From assembly GCA_963825525.1 (NCBI GenBank), contig CAWGTN010000002.1:1504001-1568000 (forward strand): a DNA stretch of 64,000 nucleotides, given 5' to 3'. Source of the DNA: an uncultured Chloroflexia bacterium. GTDB lineage: Bacteria > Chloroflexota > Limnocylindria > QHBO01. Numbering within the stretch: the stretch's first letter is position 1; the number at the start of each line of letters is the position of its first letter. Both the position numbers and the translations under genes were made by a program. This document shows, piece by piece, positions 10,145 to 20,322 of the stretch. The notes under the pieces are model-generated. The model was not told the DNA's origin. It ran no database searches and saw only the letters and a list, made by a program, of their open reading frames with translations.

Positions 10145-10826
10145 GTGCCGGCAAAGGGAGCAGCTCACGAGCGCACTGGCGGCTGAAGAGCCAATCAGCC
10201 GCGAGCTGTCCGGCCATGCGGCGTCGTGCGCCGACTGCACGGCGGTGCTGGCAGCCGGCCGCCGCTTCGAGGGTCACCTGCAGGCTGCAATGGATCAGTT
10301 GATCACCGACGCCCTTCCGCCGGAAACTTTGGCCGCCGCCCGCATGGGTGCGCCGGCTGGACGGAGATCGCAACTCCCGCGCCTCGTACTCTCCGGGCTG
10401 AGCGCAGCCGCGCTGCTGCTGTTCGCCGCCGTGGGCGTCGCCGCCACCGGCGTCGGCGTGCTCGGTGCATTGGCGGACCGGTCTCCGGTCACTGAGGGCG
10501 AATTGCGCCACGGTAACTTTTCGGAGTGCTACGTCACCGAAGTCTTGGCCCGGGGCCACGACCATGCCTCAGGCGAGACCGCCACTGTCGAGCACTGCCT
10601 GGTCGATGTGTCAGGTGGGACGCTGACCGGCGACTACGAAGCCGTCGCGATCATCAATCGCGAAGCTGAAGAGACATCAGCGTGCCTGCGGGCACGCGGC
10701 TGGGACATCGAACCCGAGCTGGAGCCGGACGGACGCTTCCTCATTCCACCGGCCTCGCCACCGACGGGCGGCGACGACGAGCTCTACCTCCGCGACATGC
10801 AAGCTTGCGCGGCCGAAGGTCGATAA
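10137..10826 (+). CDS. zinc-binding membrane anti-sigma factor
   Basis: HAASCADC (HxxxCxxC ZAS motif), one TM, extracytoplasmic domain with four Cys; overlaps the sigma gene. Confidence 0.8.
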   Translation: MRRCRQREQLTSALAAEEPISRELSGHAASCADCTAVLAAGRRFEGHLQAAMDQLITDALPPETLAAARMGAPAGRRSQLPRLVLSGLSAAALLLFAAVGVAATGVGVLGALADRSPVTEGELRHGNFSECYVTEVLARGHDHASGETATVEHCLVDVSGGTLTGDYEAVAIINREAEETSACLRARGWDIEPELEPDGRFLIPPASPPTGGDDELYLRDMQACAAEGR

Positions 10827-11006
10827 CGTGCCGTCCCTCAGTAGGAAGGCAACTCGCGATCATCGGCGCCGAAAAGTGGCAAGCCGAGGCGTGGCGCATG
10901 CGCCTACGCGAAAACTTGACAAGCGGGGCTTCCAGACGAACTTCAGCGAATGACTTTGCCTCATGTGCCGCTCTCGCAGGCGCTGACCTTGGCGCATGCC
11001 GCCAGC

Positions 11007-11357
11007 ATGGCGCCTAAGGCGACGAAGCGGCTCCGCCATGGCACGGCTCTCGCCACAGTATTGCTAGCACTTGCCATAGCCGCATGTGCGAGTATCAGTA
11101 TGCCGGGATTGACTTGCGCCGGGCCGGATGCGAGAACGTGCCAACAAGCCGCCTCGCTTGCTCTGGAGCGCGGGGTCTTTGTGCCCCACGCTGATCTCGC
11201 CGGCCCGGTTCGCGTGACGTACACATCAGCAACCGAGTGGATGGGCGCGAAGCGACCACTTCTCGATGTCTCGTTTGAAGTGAGGACGGCGTCGCGACCA
11301 ATCGTAGTGACGGTCGGCGAGATGGACGACGGCCGCCTCACAGTTTGCACGTACTAG
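11007..11357 (+). CDS. hypothetical lipoprotein (start uncertain, 10950 or 11007)
   Basis: Hydrophobic signal with lipobox IAAC; three further Cys. Confidence 0.55.
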   Translation: MAPKATKRLRHGTALATVLLALAIAACASISMPGLTCAGPDARTCQQAASLALERGVFVPHADLAGPVRVTYTSATEWMGAKRPLLDVSFEVRTASRPIVVTVGEMDDGRLTVCTY

Positions 11358-11592
11358 CCGGTCCTCGTCAGTCAGACTCCTCGGAGAGCAACGCTCGGAA
11401 CGCATCGATGGGGCGGAGCCCGATGGCCAGCGCCGACAGTTGCGCATCACGCCCGCCGAACAGTGCCTGATAGGCACAGCGCCCACGCGCCGCCGTTCCT
11501 CGTAGTTTCCGGCAAGACCGGTTGACCCGCTGTGCTACGGTCCGTCGGCGGGTCGGGGGGCCCATTGATCTACATGGAGGGTGTTGGATCGC

Positions 11593-12148
11593 ATGGATTT
11601 CTCTAAGCTCTCATCGACCGAAAAGCTGGCCGTTTACGGGTCGGTCGGGGTCATCGTCGGCGGACTGGTTGGATACAGCTACGGATTGACGGTCCTGGCC
11701 GTCCTGGCCGCCATCGTCATGCTCGTGATCGTCCTGTTGCCGCAGTTGTCACCGAGCACGACTCTTCCCGGTTCGCGCGGAAGCCTCATGGTCGCGGTCG
11801 GCGGGCTGGCGGGAATCGTGATGCTCCTTGCCCTGCTGGTCTCGATCAACACCGTATTTCTCTCGTTCAACTTCCGCGACGCCTTCTTCCTGATCGCAGT
11901 CGCCGGCGGTCTCCTCATGGCGTGGAGCTGGCTGGCAGGCGTTCCAGGCCGAAGGCGGGAAGTTCAACGTCGGCACCACGGCCTCGTCCTCGTCACCGGC
12001 AGCCAGCACCCCGGCAGCCACCAGCGACCCGGCACCCACCAGCGACCCGGCACCGGGCGAGCCGGTCGCCAGCGCATCGGCTCCGGCAACCGACCCGGCA
12101 CCCAGCGAGCCGGTCGCCGACACGAGGGACGACCGACCGGAGGCCTAG
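11593..12148 (+). CDS. four-TM membrane protein with a Pro/Ala/Ser/Thr-rich tail; apparent +1 frameshift at ~11926
   Basis: Removing A11926 gives AWAGWQAFQAEGGKFNVG...TSDPAP repeats...PEA*; SD GGAGG. Confidence 0.65.
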
Positions 12149-12576
12149 CGGCCCTCCCTGTCCAGCAGCTCTCCGACGCGGCCACGGATCAACGTGGCCG
12201 CGTCCGTCTGCGCCCCGAGCGCACGGCCCAGTCGCGAGATGGTGACATCGGCGGCCAGGCCATCGTCCACCGCGTCAACGGCCTCCGCCAGCAGTAGGCG
12301 CTGGTCCGGATTGCGCTCGTGCTCGGCAACGTGCCGCACGAGCGAGCCGATGTCCCCGAGCGTCGCAGCCAGCTCGTCGGGAGGCTCATCGAGCGACTCC
12401 TCGAAGTAGAGCATCGCCATGGCGAGCAGCTCGTGGCTGTCAGCCGGCGCCCGGACCGCCGGGTGCCCGCGCCGTCCGACGACCAGGGCGTACCCGTCAT
12501 CGAGCGTCGGGACGAAGCCCACCCATGGACCGTCGGCCCCGAAGCGCCCGACGGCGCACGCCACGCCGTCCATCAC
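12145..12576 (-). CDS. hypothetical protein
   Basis: 143 aa, host-like codon usage, directly downstream of jag. Confidence 0.7.
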   Translation of the reverse strand: MMDGVACAVGRFGADGPWVGFVPTLDDGYALVVGRRGHPAVRAPADSHELLAMAMLYFEESLDEPPDELAATLGDIGSLVRHVAEHERNPDQRLLLAEAVDAVDDGLAADVTISRLGRALGAQTDAATLIRGRVGELLDREGR

Positions 12577-12605
12577 CCGATGACCGATCGTGCCGGGTGC
12601 CGGAC

Positions 12606-13655
12606 CTACTCCTTGACCTGGCCTGCGGGCAGCACGACGATGCGCCGATTCGGCTCGACCCCGACGCTCTGTGTACGGATGCGCGGATTCTCGAGCAGCG
12701 CCATGTGCACGACGCGGCGCTCGATGGCGGGCATGGCCTCGAGCTGGATGATCTTGCCGCTCTGGATCACGCGCTTTGCCGCACGATCGGCGACGTCACG
12801 CAGCTGCTGCTCGCGGCGACCCCGATAGTTCTCGACGTCGATGGCGATGCGGTGGTGCTGGCCCTCGCGTCGGCCGACGATGAGATTCACGATGTGCTGG
12901 AGGCTCGCGAGCTTCTCGCCGCGGCGCCCGATGAGCGCACCGAGGTCGTCGCCCTTCACGTTGAGCCGGGCCGTGTCGCCTCCACTCGCGATCTCGACCG
13001 TCCCCTTGAGCTCCATGAGCCCGAGCATCTCGGTGAGCACGGTCTTGGCGGTCTCAAGGGTCGATCGCTCTTCGTCACTGAGCTCCTCGACCGGCTTGCC
13101 GGACACGAACGGGGCCGGCTCTCGGCCCGGGCGATCGGCCCGCGGCTCGCGCGGCTCGCGCTCGGGGCGCGGCGCGCGGTCCGACGTGTCTCGATCGCGG
13201 CCGTTGCGACCGCGGCCACCGCGACCACGGCTGCCGCGGGTGCGTCGGGCGGCATCGGCACGCTCGAGCTCGGCGACCTGCTCTTCGGCATTGACCGCGG
13301 CCACCTCCAGGTCGACCGGCGCGGCCGGGGCCTCAGGCTCCGTCACCTCGGTTGCGGCGGGCGCTTCCGCGTCCGCCTCGGCTTCCGCCTCCACGGCGCG
13401 CGGCGCACGGGAAGGGCGCTCGGCCTGGGCGGTCGGGGCGGCCGGGGGCGCTTCGGCCTTCACCGAATCGGCCGCGGCAACCGCGGACTTCGGTGCCGCC
13501 AGGATGCGTGCCTCCTCGGCGCCGACTCCCAGGACGCCTCGGCTGCCCTGGGCCAGGATCTCGATGTCGAGCTCGCCGAGGTCGGAGCTGAACTCCGCCA
13601 TGGCACTTCGGATCGCCTCTTCAACGTTCTTGCCGGTGAATTCTCGGAATGTCAT
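12606..13655 (-). CDS. jag: RNA-binding protein Jag/EloR (Jag_N, KH, R3H)
   Basis: GKNVEEAI; KH LIGRRGEKLASLQ; R3H MPAIERRVVH; conserved position after yidC. Confidence 0.95.
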   Translation of the reverse strand: MTFREFTGKNVEEAIRSAMAEFSSDLGELDIEILAQGSRGVLGVGAEEARILAAPKSAVAAADSVKAEAPPAAPTAQAERPSRAPRAVEAEAEADAEAPAATEVTEPEAPAAPVDLEVAAVNAEEQVAELERADAARRTRGSRGRGGRGRNGRDRDTSDRAPRPEREPREPRADRPGREPAPFVSGKPVEELSDEERSTLETAKTVLTEMLGLMELKGTVEIASGGDTARLNVKGDDLGALIGRRGEKLASLQHIVNLIVGRREGQHHRIAIDVENYRGRREQQLRDVADRAAKRVIQSGKIIQLEAMPAIERRVVHMALLENPRIRTQSVGVEPNRRIVVLPAGQVKE

Positions 13656-14791
13656 CGCTTTCGGCCTCGTCGCTTGGCGCTGCCCTTTGCCCGATTCGCG
13701 GGTCGCGGCTTGGAGCCGCGGTCAGCGCTGGGAGAAGGGGCGCGAGATGGGGTGGGCGGAGCTGCCTCGGCGGACTCGGCGTCGGACTCGATGCGTTTCG
13801 GACGCGGCACGCTGGCCACCTCCGGCGTCGGCGCCCACGAGGGCTGCCAGCCGAAGAGTGGGAAGAGGTTGCCCCAACCCATGATCAGGAACTGCTGGAC
13901 CACGAGATACGCGGTGTACACGATCCAGTACAGGATCAGGCCGCTCGGGAAGATCCCGCCCCAGATGATGGTGAGCAACGGGAACGTGTAGATCATCGTG
14001 CTCGTCATGCTGGAGGTCGGGTCGTCCTTGTTCGGCCGCGGGCTCGTCATCTTGACCTGCACGAACTGCAGGATCGCGGCGATGACGGCCAGGAGAGAGA
14101 GCGCGAACCCGCCGAAGAGCGGGAGCGCGAAGACGGTGTCGATCTGGGCCAGGTCGAGCCCCAGCAGCCAGCCGACGGACGTGTTGACGTGGTCATTGAG
14201 CTTGACCGGGTCGATGAGCTGGCAGTTCAGCGGCAGGAACTGCGGCAGTTGGCTGTACTCGGGCAGGTTGCAGGCACCGTCGAACGCCACGCGGTAGTGG
14301 TCGGCCTTGCCCGCCACCTGCTCCACGACGTTGGCCGCCTGGAGTGTCTCGAACGCGGTCCGATTGCCATCGTTGACGGTGAAGCCCTGGATGACCCCCG
14401 ACGCCCGAATGAGCGCCTGGTAGAGGGCGAACAGGATCGGCAGCTGGAGCACCACCGGCAGGCAGCCGGCGGCAGGGTTCACGCCGTGCTCCTTGTAGAG
14501 CGCCATCGTCTCCTCGGAGACCTTCTGCCGGTTGCCCTTGTGCTTGCGCTGAACCTCCCGGATCAGCGGCTGCATCCGCTGCATCTCCTTCTGCGAGCGG
14601 ATCTGTCGCACGAAGAGCGGGGCGAGGATGGTGCGGATGATGATCGTGAAGACGATGATCGCCAGCGCGAAGTCGAAGAACGGGATCTTGAACAGGAAGA
14701 CGAGCAGGTTGAAGAGCGGGAGGAAGAAGACGTCCCAGGGTGGCGTGAAGTGCTCGATGCCCAGGAAGCCCGCGCCGATGATCGGGGTCAA
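13652..14791 (-). CDS. yidC: membrane protein insertase YidC
   Basis: AIIVFTIIIR, MQRMQP, LYKEHGVNPAAGCLP, PSGLILYW. Confidence 0.95.
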   Translation of the reverse strand: MTPIIGAGFLGIEHFTPPWDVFFLPLFNLLVFLFKIPFFDFALAIIVFTIIIRTILAPLFVRQIRSQKEMQRMQPLIREVQRKHKGNRQKVSEETMALYKEHGVNPAAGCLPVVLQLPILFALYQALIRASGVIQGFTVNDGNRTAFETLQAANVVEQVAGKADHYRVAFDGACNLPEYSQLPQFLPLNCQLIDPVKLNDHVNTSVGWLLGLDLAQIDTVFALPLFGGFALSLLAVIAAILQFVQVKMTSPRPNKDDPTSSMTSTMIYTFPLLTIIWGGIFPSGLILYWIVYTAYLVVQQFLIMGWGNLFPLFGWQPSWAPTPEVASVPRPKRIESDAESAEAAPPTPSRAPSPSADRGSKPRPANRAKGSAKRRGRKR

Positions 14792-14806
14792 ATCGCTCTC
14801 TCTCGT

Positions 14807-15013
14807 CTAGCTGACCGGGTCATAGCCGCCCGGATGGAACGGATTGCAGCGGCCGATGCGCTTGGCGCCCATCCAGCTGCCGCGCAGCAGGCCGTGGCGC
14901 TCGATGGCCTGGTACGTGTAGTGCGAACAGGTCGGGGAGTATCGGCAGCTCGGCGGCATCCATGCCGTCAGCTTCTGGTAGGCCGTGATGAGTCCGAGCC
15001 CGATTATCTTCAT
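14807..15013 (-). CDS. yidD: membrane protein insertion efficiency factor YidD
   Basis: [10 protein letters not shown]...[16 protein letters not shown]. Confidence 0.95.
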   Translation of the reverse strand: MKIIGLGLITAYQKLTAWMPPSCRYSPTCSHYTYQAIERHGLLRGSWMGAKRIGRCNPFHPGGYDPVS

Positions 15014-15345
15014 CCGCCGATCTCCGATCGGGCCAGCAGCGCGTCGATCGCCTCTGCCAGCTCTGCATGGCTGGCGTCACCCGCGGCTGGCCGCGCGATC
15101 AGGAGGATGTCCCATCCAGGACCGATCCGTCCGATCCGCTCACGGAGCAGGCTCCGCAGGCGACGTCTCACTCGATTTCGTTCGACCGCACCCCCGAGCG
15201 TGCGGGGTGTCGACAGTCCGATCCGCGTGTCCGCTCGTGCGGTCCTCATCCAGCGCAGGACGAGGATCGGCGTCGACCGGGCTGTCCCGTGACGTCCGAT
15301 GGCGTCGAAGTCCGCGCGGCGCCGAAGCATCGGCAGCACAGGCAC
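15010..15345 (-). CDS. rnpA: ribonuclease P protein component (start uncertain, 15345/15339/15330)
   Basis: [26 protein letters not shown] (RNR motif). Confidence 0.92.
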   Translation of the reverse strand: MPVLPMLRRRADFDAIGRHGTARSTPILVLRWMRTARADTRIGLSTPRTLGGAVERNRVRRRLRSLLRERIGRIGPGWDILLIARPAAGDASHAELAEAIDALLARSEIGG

Positions 15346-15368
15346 GGTCTCGGCGAGCCGCTCGGGCG

Positions 15369-15503
15369 TCAGACGGTCAGTCGCTTGCGCCCCTTGGCCC
15401 GACGACGAGCCAGCACGCGGCGGCCGCCCTTCGTGGCCATGCGGGCCATGAAGCCGTGCTCGCGCTTCCGCGAGCGCTTCTTGGGCTGATACGTCCTCTT
15501 CAT
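15369..15503 (-). CDS. rpmH: 50S ribosomal protein L34 (absent from the ORF track)
   Basis: Translates [44 protein letters not shown]. Confidence 0.97.
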   Translation of the reverse strand: MKRTYQPKKRSRKREHGFMARMATKGGRRVLARRRAKGRKRLTV

Positions 15504-15618
15504 GAGCGCGTGCCGTTTCCTCGTTCAATTTCGCGATCCGGACCATCAAACACACGAAGGGCTGGCGTTTCGCCAGCCTGCACACGAACACGGATGGCCC
15601 GTCTCGCTCTGGATCGCG

Positions 15619-15647
15619 ATTCTACCGACGCACCCGATTCGGGTCAA
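15619..15647 (-). promoter_or_regulatory. sigma70-type promoter of the rpmH operon
   Basis: TTGACC-N17-TAGAAT on the minus strand. Confidence 0.7.
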
Positions 15648-15715
15648 ACTCCATTCCTCGTGATGGGCCTCCGGCGGGCCGCGGAAGCGGGATTTGACCA
15701 GGTTGGTCTCATCCA

Positions 15716-15745
15716 TTGCCCCGCCGATTCGGGCGCTGCTATAGT
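15716..15745 (+). promoter_or_regulatory. sigma70-type promoter of dnaA
   Basis: TTGCCC-N18-TATAGT with extended TG. Confidence 0.6.
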
Positions 15746-15854
15746 GGCGCGACCCCCGGCCCGGACCGCCCGAAATGACGTCCGATCTCGGCTCGGAGGC
15801 GGACTCATCAGCCCAGGCGGAACCCCCGCAGATCGGTTCGGAGCACATCGTTTG

Positions 15855-17198
15855 ATGGATGCCAATCAGGTATGGCGCGCCGCCCTCGGCGAGCTTCAGG
15901 TCTCTCTCTCCCCGGCCAATTTCGAGACCTGGCTGAAGGACACGGAGCTCGTCGAGATCGACGAGAACCGATACCGCATCTCGGCACCGAACGGGTTCGC
16001 CCGCGACTGGCTCGACAACCGATACCGGCCCCTGATCAGCCAGACCCTGGCACGCGTGGTGGGTGGCTCGGTGCAGCTGGAGTTCGTGGTCGCCGATGCG
16101 TCCGGCCCCCTTCCGGAGCAGGTCGACGAAGAGGCCCGGGTGCAGATGCCGCCGCTCAGCGCGGGCGGCAATGCCATCAACCTCAACGCTCGGTACACGT
16201 TCAACAACTTCATCGTTGGCTCCGCCAACCGACTGGCCCACGCGGCGGCGCTGTCGGTCGCCGAGCGCCCCGGACATGCCTATAACCCGCTCTTCCTGTA
16301 CGGAGGAGTCGGGCTCGGCAAGACGCACCTCATGCATGCCATCGGCAATGCCGTGGCCGGCAAGTTCCCGAGGAAGCGCATCCTCTACGCGACGAGCGAG
16401 AAGTTCACGAATGACTTCATCAACTCGATCCGCGAACAGAAGATGGAGGACTTCCGCAACCGGTATCGGCGCATCGACGTGCTCCTCATCGACGACATCC
16501 AGTTCATCGCCGAGCGCGAGCGGACCCAGGAGGAGTTCTTCCACACCTTCAACGCGATTCACGAAGCCGGCAAGCAGGTCGTCCTCAGCTCGGACCGGCC
16601 GCCGAAGGCGATCACGACCCTCGAGGAGCGGCTCCGCAGCCGGTTCGAATGGGGACTCATCGCCGATCTGACCCCACCGGACCTCGAGACCCGGATCGCC
16701 ATCCTTCGCTCGAAGGCGGAGGACCAGCTCCACCTCATCCCGTCCGAGGTGATCGACTTCATCGCCCGCAAGGTCGTCAGCAACGTGCGCGAGCTCGAGG
16801 GCGCCCTCAACCGGGTCGTCGCCTACGCCAGCATGAGCGGCATGCCGGTGAACATCGAGCTTGCCAGCGCGGTCCTCAGCAACGTCATGTACAACCCGCG
16901 CAAGCGATCGATCACGCCACAGCGGATCGTGCGCGCCGTGGCGGACTACTACGGGGTCAACCTCGATCAGCTGCGCAGCAGCAAGCGCGACCGCGCGATC
17001 GTGGTCCCGCGCCAGATCGCGATGTTCCTGATTCGCGAAGAGACCGATATCAGCCTGCTCCGGATCGGTGCCGAGCTCGGCGGCCGAGACCACTCGACGG
17101 TCCTGCACGCCTACGACAAGATCGCTCGCGAGCTCCAGGAGAACGATGAGATGCGCCGAGAGATCAGCGCAGTCCGGGAGATGATCTACTCCGAGTGA
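15855..17198 (+). CDS. dnaA: chromosomal replication initiator DnaA
   Basis: [45 protein letters not shown]. Confidence 0.98.
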   Translation: MDANQVWRAALGELQVSLSPANFETWLKDTELVEIDENRYRISAPNGFARDWLDNRYRPLISQTLARVVGGSVQLEFVVADASGPLPEQVDEEARVQMPPLSAGGNAINLNARYTFNNFIVGSANRLAHAAALSVAERPGHAYNPLFLYGGVGLGKTHLMHAIGNAVAGKFPRKRILYATSEKFTNDFINSIREQKMEDFRNRYRRIDVLLIDDIQFIAERERTQEEFFHTFNAIHEAGKQVVLSSDRPPKAITTLEERLRSRFEWGLIADLTPPDLETRIAILRSKAEDQLHLIPSEVIDFIARKVVSNVRELEGALNRVVAYASMSGMPVNIELASAVLSNVMYNPRKRSITPQRIVRAVADYYGVNLDQLRSSKRDRAIVVPRQIAMFLIREETDISLLRIGAELGGRDHSTVLHAYDKIARELQENDEMRREISAVREMIYSE

Positions 17199-17589
17199 GA
17201 GCTCGTGCTGGATCCCTACCGAATCCGGCGCATTCTGGCACCACGGCGCACCTTTTCGTGGATAAGTGCCCTGTTCTCGTGGATATCTCGGGGTCGATGT
17301 GGACAAGCGGCCACGGCATCGGCTTCGGGGGGTACCCTCCGTCCACCGACATTGCCCGATCATCCGCCGTCCATGCGCGGCCGACCCGGGCGATATCGAC
17401 ACCCGACAGCAAGGTTTTCCGCAGGGCTCGCCACGCTCGGACGAGCACCGCACCAGGGGCCTCGTCCACACCGTCCACACCCCTACGGGGGACGGCGGCG
17501 TATGAGTATCCTTCCCTTGGAACCATAGAACGTGAATCAGCACAACGTGGACAACATGGACGATCCACGGTCCTTCAGATGAGGTCGGC
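17199..17589. other. oriC (dnaA-dnaN intergenic region) with clustered degenerate DnaA boxes
   Basis: CGTGGATAA 17257, CGTGGATAT 17278, TGTGGACAA 17298, TTTTCCGCA 17415, tandem TCGTCCACA/CCGTCCACA 17462-17479, CGTGGACAA 17546, CGATCCACG 17561. Confidence 0.85.
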
Positions 17590-18720
17590 ATGAACATCTC
17601 GGTGATGCAGGAGAACCTGGCGCGCGGACTTGCCACGGTGAGTCGAGCGGTCAGCAGCCGCGCAACCCTGCCCGTCCTGGCCAACGTGCTGCTGAAGACG
17701 GAGAACGCCGGCCTCAAGCTGACCGCCACCAACCTCGAGATCGGGATCAACTGCTGGGTTCCCGGCAAGGTCACCGAGGAGGGCGAGATCACGGTGCCGG
17801 CCAAGCTGCTCACCGACCTCGTCGCATCATTGCCGAACCAGCGCATCGACCTCGTCCTGTCGCCGAAGGATCGGACCCTGAAGCTGACCTCCGGCAACAA
17901 CCGCTCGAGCATCAAGGGCATCGAGGCCGATGAGTTCCCGGTCGTGGCCGCCATCGGCGACACGCCGGCCACGAGCGTTGACGCGCGCGTGCTGCGCGAG
18001 GCCCTGGGCGAGGTGGTCTTCGCCGCGGCATCGGACGAGAGCCGCCCGATCCTGACCGGCGTCCTGACCCGCCTCAACGGCGACAAGATGACCCTGGCGG
18101 CGGCCGACAACTATCGCATCGCGGTTCGAACGCTGACGCTCGCCACGCCGGTCAGTCCCGAGGTCGTGATCGTCGTTCCGGGCCGCTCGTACGCCGAGCT
18201 GATGCGGATCCTGCCCGACACCGAGACGCCCATCGAGATCACCGTCACTCCGAACAAGAGCCAGGTGCTCTTCCACGTCGAGGGCATCGACCTGGTGAGC
18301 CGGCTGATCGAGGGACAGTTCCCGAACTACGAACCGGTCATCCCGGCGTCGCACAGCTCCCGCGCCGTCATCGATCGGGAAGCGTTCCTGTCCGGCACGC
18401 GCCGCGCGAGCATCTTCGCGCGCGACAGTGCGAACATCGTGAAGATCGAGATCGGCGGCGATGATGCCGATGGCACGGGCGTCGCCATCACCGCCCATGC
18501 CGCCGACGTCGGCGACAACGCCGATACCGTCGAGGCGACGATCGAGGGCTCTCCCACCGCCATCGCCTTCAACGCGCGGTATCTCATCGACGTGCTGAGC
18601 AACCTGGGATCGGAGGAGGCAGTGCTCGAGCTCTCCGGTCCGCTGGCGCCCGGCGTCATCCGGGGCATCGGCAAGGACGACTACGTCCACGTCATCATGC
18701 CGGTCCGGACCGCGTCGTAG
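17590..18720 (+). CDS. dnaN: DNA polymerase III beta clamp
   Basis: ATLPVLANVLL, SRPILTGV, SRLIEGQFPNY, VIMPVR. Confidence 0.97.
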   Translation: MNISVMQENLARGLATVSRAVSSRATLPVLANVLLKTENAGLKLTATNLEIGINCWVPGKVTEEGEITVPAKLLTDLVASLPNQRIDLVLSPKDRTLKLTSGNNRSSIKGIEADEFPVVAAIGDTPATSVDARVLREALGEVVFAAASDESRPILTGVLTRLNGDKMTLAAADNYRIAVRTLTLATPVSPEVVIVVPGRSYAELMRILPDTETPIEITVTPNKSQVLFHVEGIDLVSRLIEGQFPNYEPVIPASHSSRAVIDREAFLSGTRRASIFARDSANIVKIEIGGDDADGTGVAITAHAADVGDNADTVEATIEGSPTAIAFNARYLIDVLSNLGSEEAVLELSGPLAPGVIRGIGKDDYVHVIMPVRTAS

Positions 18721-18766
18721 GTCGCTCATGGCACTGCGCGCCGCGCCGCGCGTCACGGCTGCCGGG

Positions 18767-19937
18767 ATGGACCTGACCCGTCTGGCGCTCGAGGACTTTC
18801 GGAGCTACGCGGCGGCCGAGCTCCATCCGGATCCCGGCCTCACCGTCGTCGCCGGGCCGAATGGCATCGGCAAGACGAACCTGCTCGAGGCCATCCACGC
18901 GACGATCGTGGGTCGGTCACACCGAGCCGTGGTCGAGGTCGACCTGGTCCGCCACGGCGCGCCGTTCGCCCGCGTCCACCTGGACCTGGCCGGCGGCACC
19001 GGCAGCGGCGGCTCCTCGGTCGAGCTCATCCTGCCCGGAGCCGACGCCGGACCGGGGATTCGCAAGCGACTCACGATCAACGGCGTGCCGCGGCGGACCT
19101 CGGCGCTGTCCGACGTGGCGCGCGTCGTCCTGTTCCGGCCGGAGGAGATGCTCCTCCTGGTCGGCGCCCCATCCGATCGGCGCCGGTTCCTGGATGGGAT
19201 CCTGGCCCAACGCGATCGACGGGCGGCCCGCGACCTGGTCGAGGTCGCGCGGGTCGTCACGCAGCGCAACGCATTGCTGCGCGCCATCCGGGCCGAGGAG
19301 GCGTCGATCGAGACGCTCGGGTTCTGGGACGAGCAGCTGGCGCTGCTCGGCGCGCGGGTGATGCGGGCGCGGCTGGAGGTCCTGCAGCGAGCTCAACGAC
19401 CGGATCGGCACCCTGCACGACTCGGTGGCCAGCGATCCCGAGCGCGGCGCGACGGTGAGCCTGACCTACCTGGACGGATTGAAGGATGCCTGGCCGGAGC
19501 GCGGCGACCACGCGGGGCGCGCCCCGTCCGACGAAGAGCTGAGCGCCGCGTACCGCAGGCGCATCGCCGATGTCCGCCAGAAGGAGGCCTGGAACGGCGT
19601 GAGCCTGGTCGGCCCGCAGCGGGACGACCTTCGGGCCGAGCTCGGCGGACGCGACGTCGCGACCCACGCCAGCCGCGGTCAGCAGCGCACGATCATCCTC
19701 GCCATGAAGCTGGCCGAGACCGACCTCCTCGGGGTCGACGGTCCGCGGCCCATCGTTCTGCTCGACGACGTGTTCAGTGAGCTGGACCCGGATCGATCCG
19801 CCCGCCTCTCCGACCTGATCGCCGGCCGCGGGCAGGTGATCGTCACCACGGCCGACCCCGGCACGCTCGACGCGGCCAGGGGCCGCAGCGCGGCGATCTG
19901 GCGCATCACGGCCGGGCAACTGGAGCGGGAGCCATGA
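18767..19937 (+). CDS. recF: DNA replication/repair protein RecF; apparent +1 frameshift at ~19386
   Basis: FRSY, GPNGIGKTNLLEAI in the first frame; GPQRDD, SRGQQR, LLDDVFSELD in the next frame; removing A19386 joins them. Confidence 0.9.
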
Positions 19938-20284
19938 GCGGGCGCGATGCGGCCGGCGCGGCCGTCCAGCGGGCCCTCATGGCATGTATGGGTCCCGGCG
20001 CCGCCGACCAGCTGGCGCTGGCCCAGGTCCGGCTCGCATGGGCCGAGGTGATGGCGGAGGCCCGCCTCGAGCGGGGACCGCTGACCAGCCGCATTCGCCG
20101 CGTGACGGGTGGAACCGCACACGTCGAGGCGTCCGAATCGATGCTCGCGCAGGAGCTCACCATGCGTGCCGAGGCCCTGGTGTGGGCCGTGAACGAGCGG
20201 ATGCGCGGCCGGCCGGGGGCGACCATCGGCTTGATCGGTCTGGCCGTATCGGTTGGTCGAGCGGAGGATGCCCGGTCCCTATAA
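19934..20284 (+). CDS. DciA/DUF721-like protein
   Basis: 116 aa overlapping the recF stop; W.EV...HVEASESMLAQEL resembles DUF721; conserved position after recF. Confidence 0.65.
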   Translation: MSGRDAAGAAVQRALMACMGPGAADQLALAQVRLAWAEVMAEARLERGPLTSRIRRVTGGTAHVEASESMLAQELTMRAEALVWAVNERMRGRPGATIGLIGLAVSVGRAEDARSL

Positions 20285-20322
20285 TCGGCCGCGATACGCC
20301 TTCTCCGAGCACCCGGGCCGCC

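Larger units (their letters stand above)
3543..11500. other. accessory islet downstream of tmRNA; no integrase or att repeat seen; right boundary approximate
   Basis: Visibly more A/T-ending codons than flanking housekeeping genes, accessory content, and a tmRNA 3' integration hotspot. Confidence 0.6.

Noticed and set aside
3543-11500. Prophage or active integrative element
   Set aside because: No integrase, transposase, phage or conjugation genes and no att repeat seen
12020-12118. 18-bp direct repeats as a CRISPR or mobile repeat
   Set aside because: In-frame coding repeats (TSDPAP) of a low-complexity tail; no spacers or cas genes
14985-15854. N-terminal extension of DnaA to 737 aa
   Set aside because: Overlaps rnpA/rpmH and the promoters; DnaA domain I starts at ATG 15855
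15546-18110. 854-aa minus-strand ORF and other long antisense ORFs (e.g. 13649-15292, 49381-52796, 57205-61724)
   Set aside because: Shadow frames of real high-GC genes such as dnaA/dnaN, yidC and nuo; no motifs of their own
18728-19937. recF as a true pseudogene
   Set aside because: One extra base explains the break, both halves keep intact motifs, and the same error pattern recurs in unrelated genes
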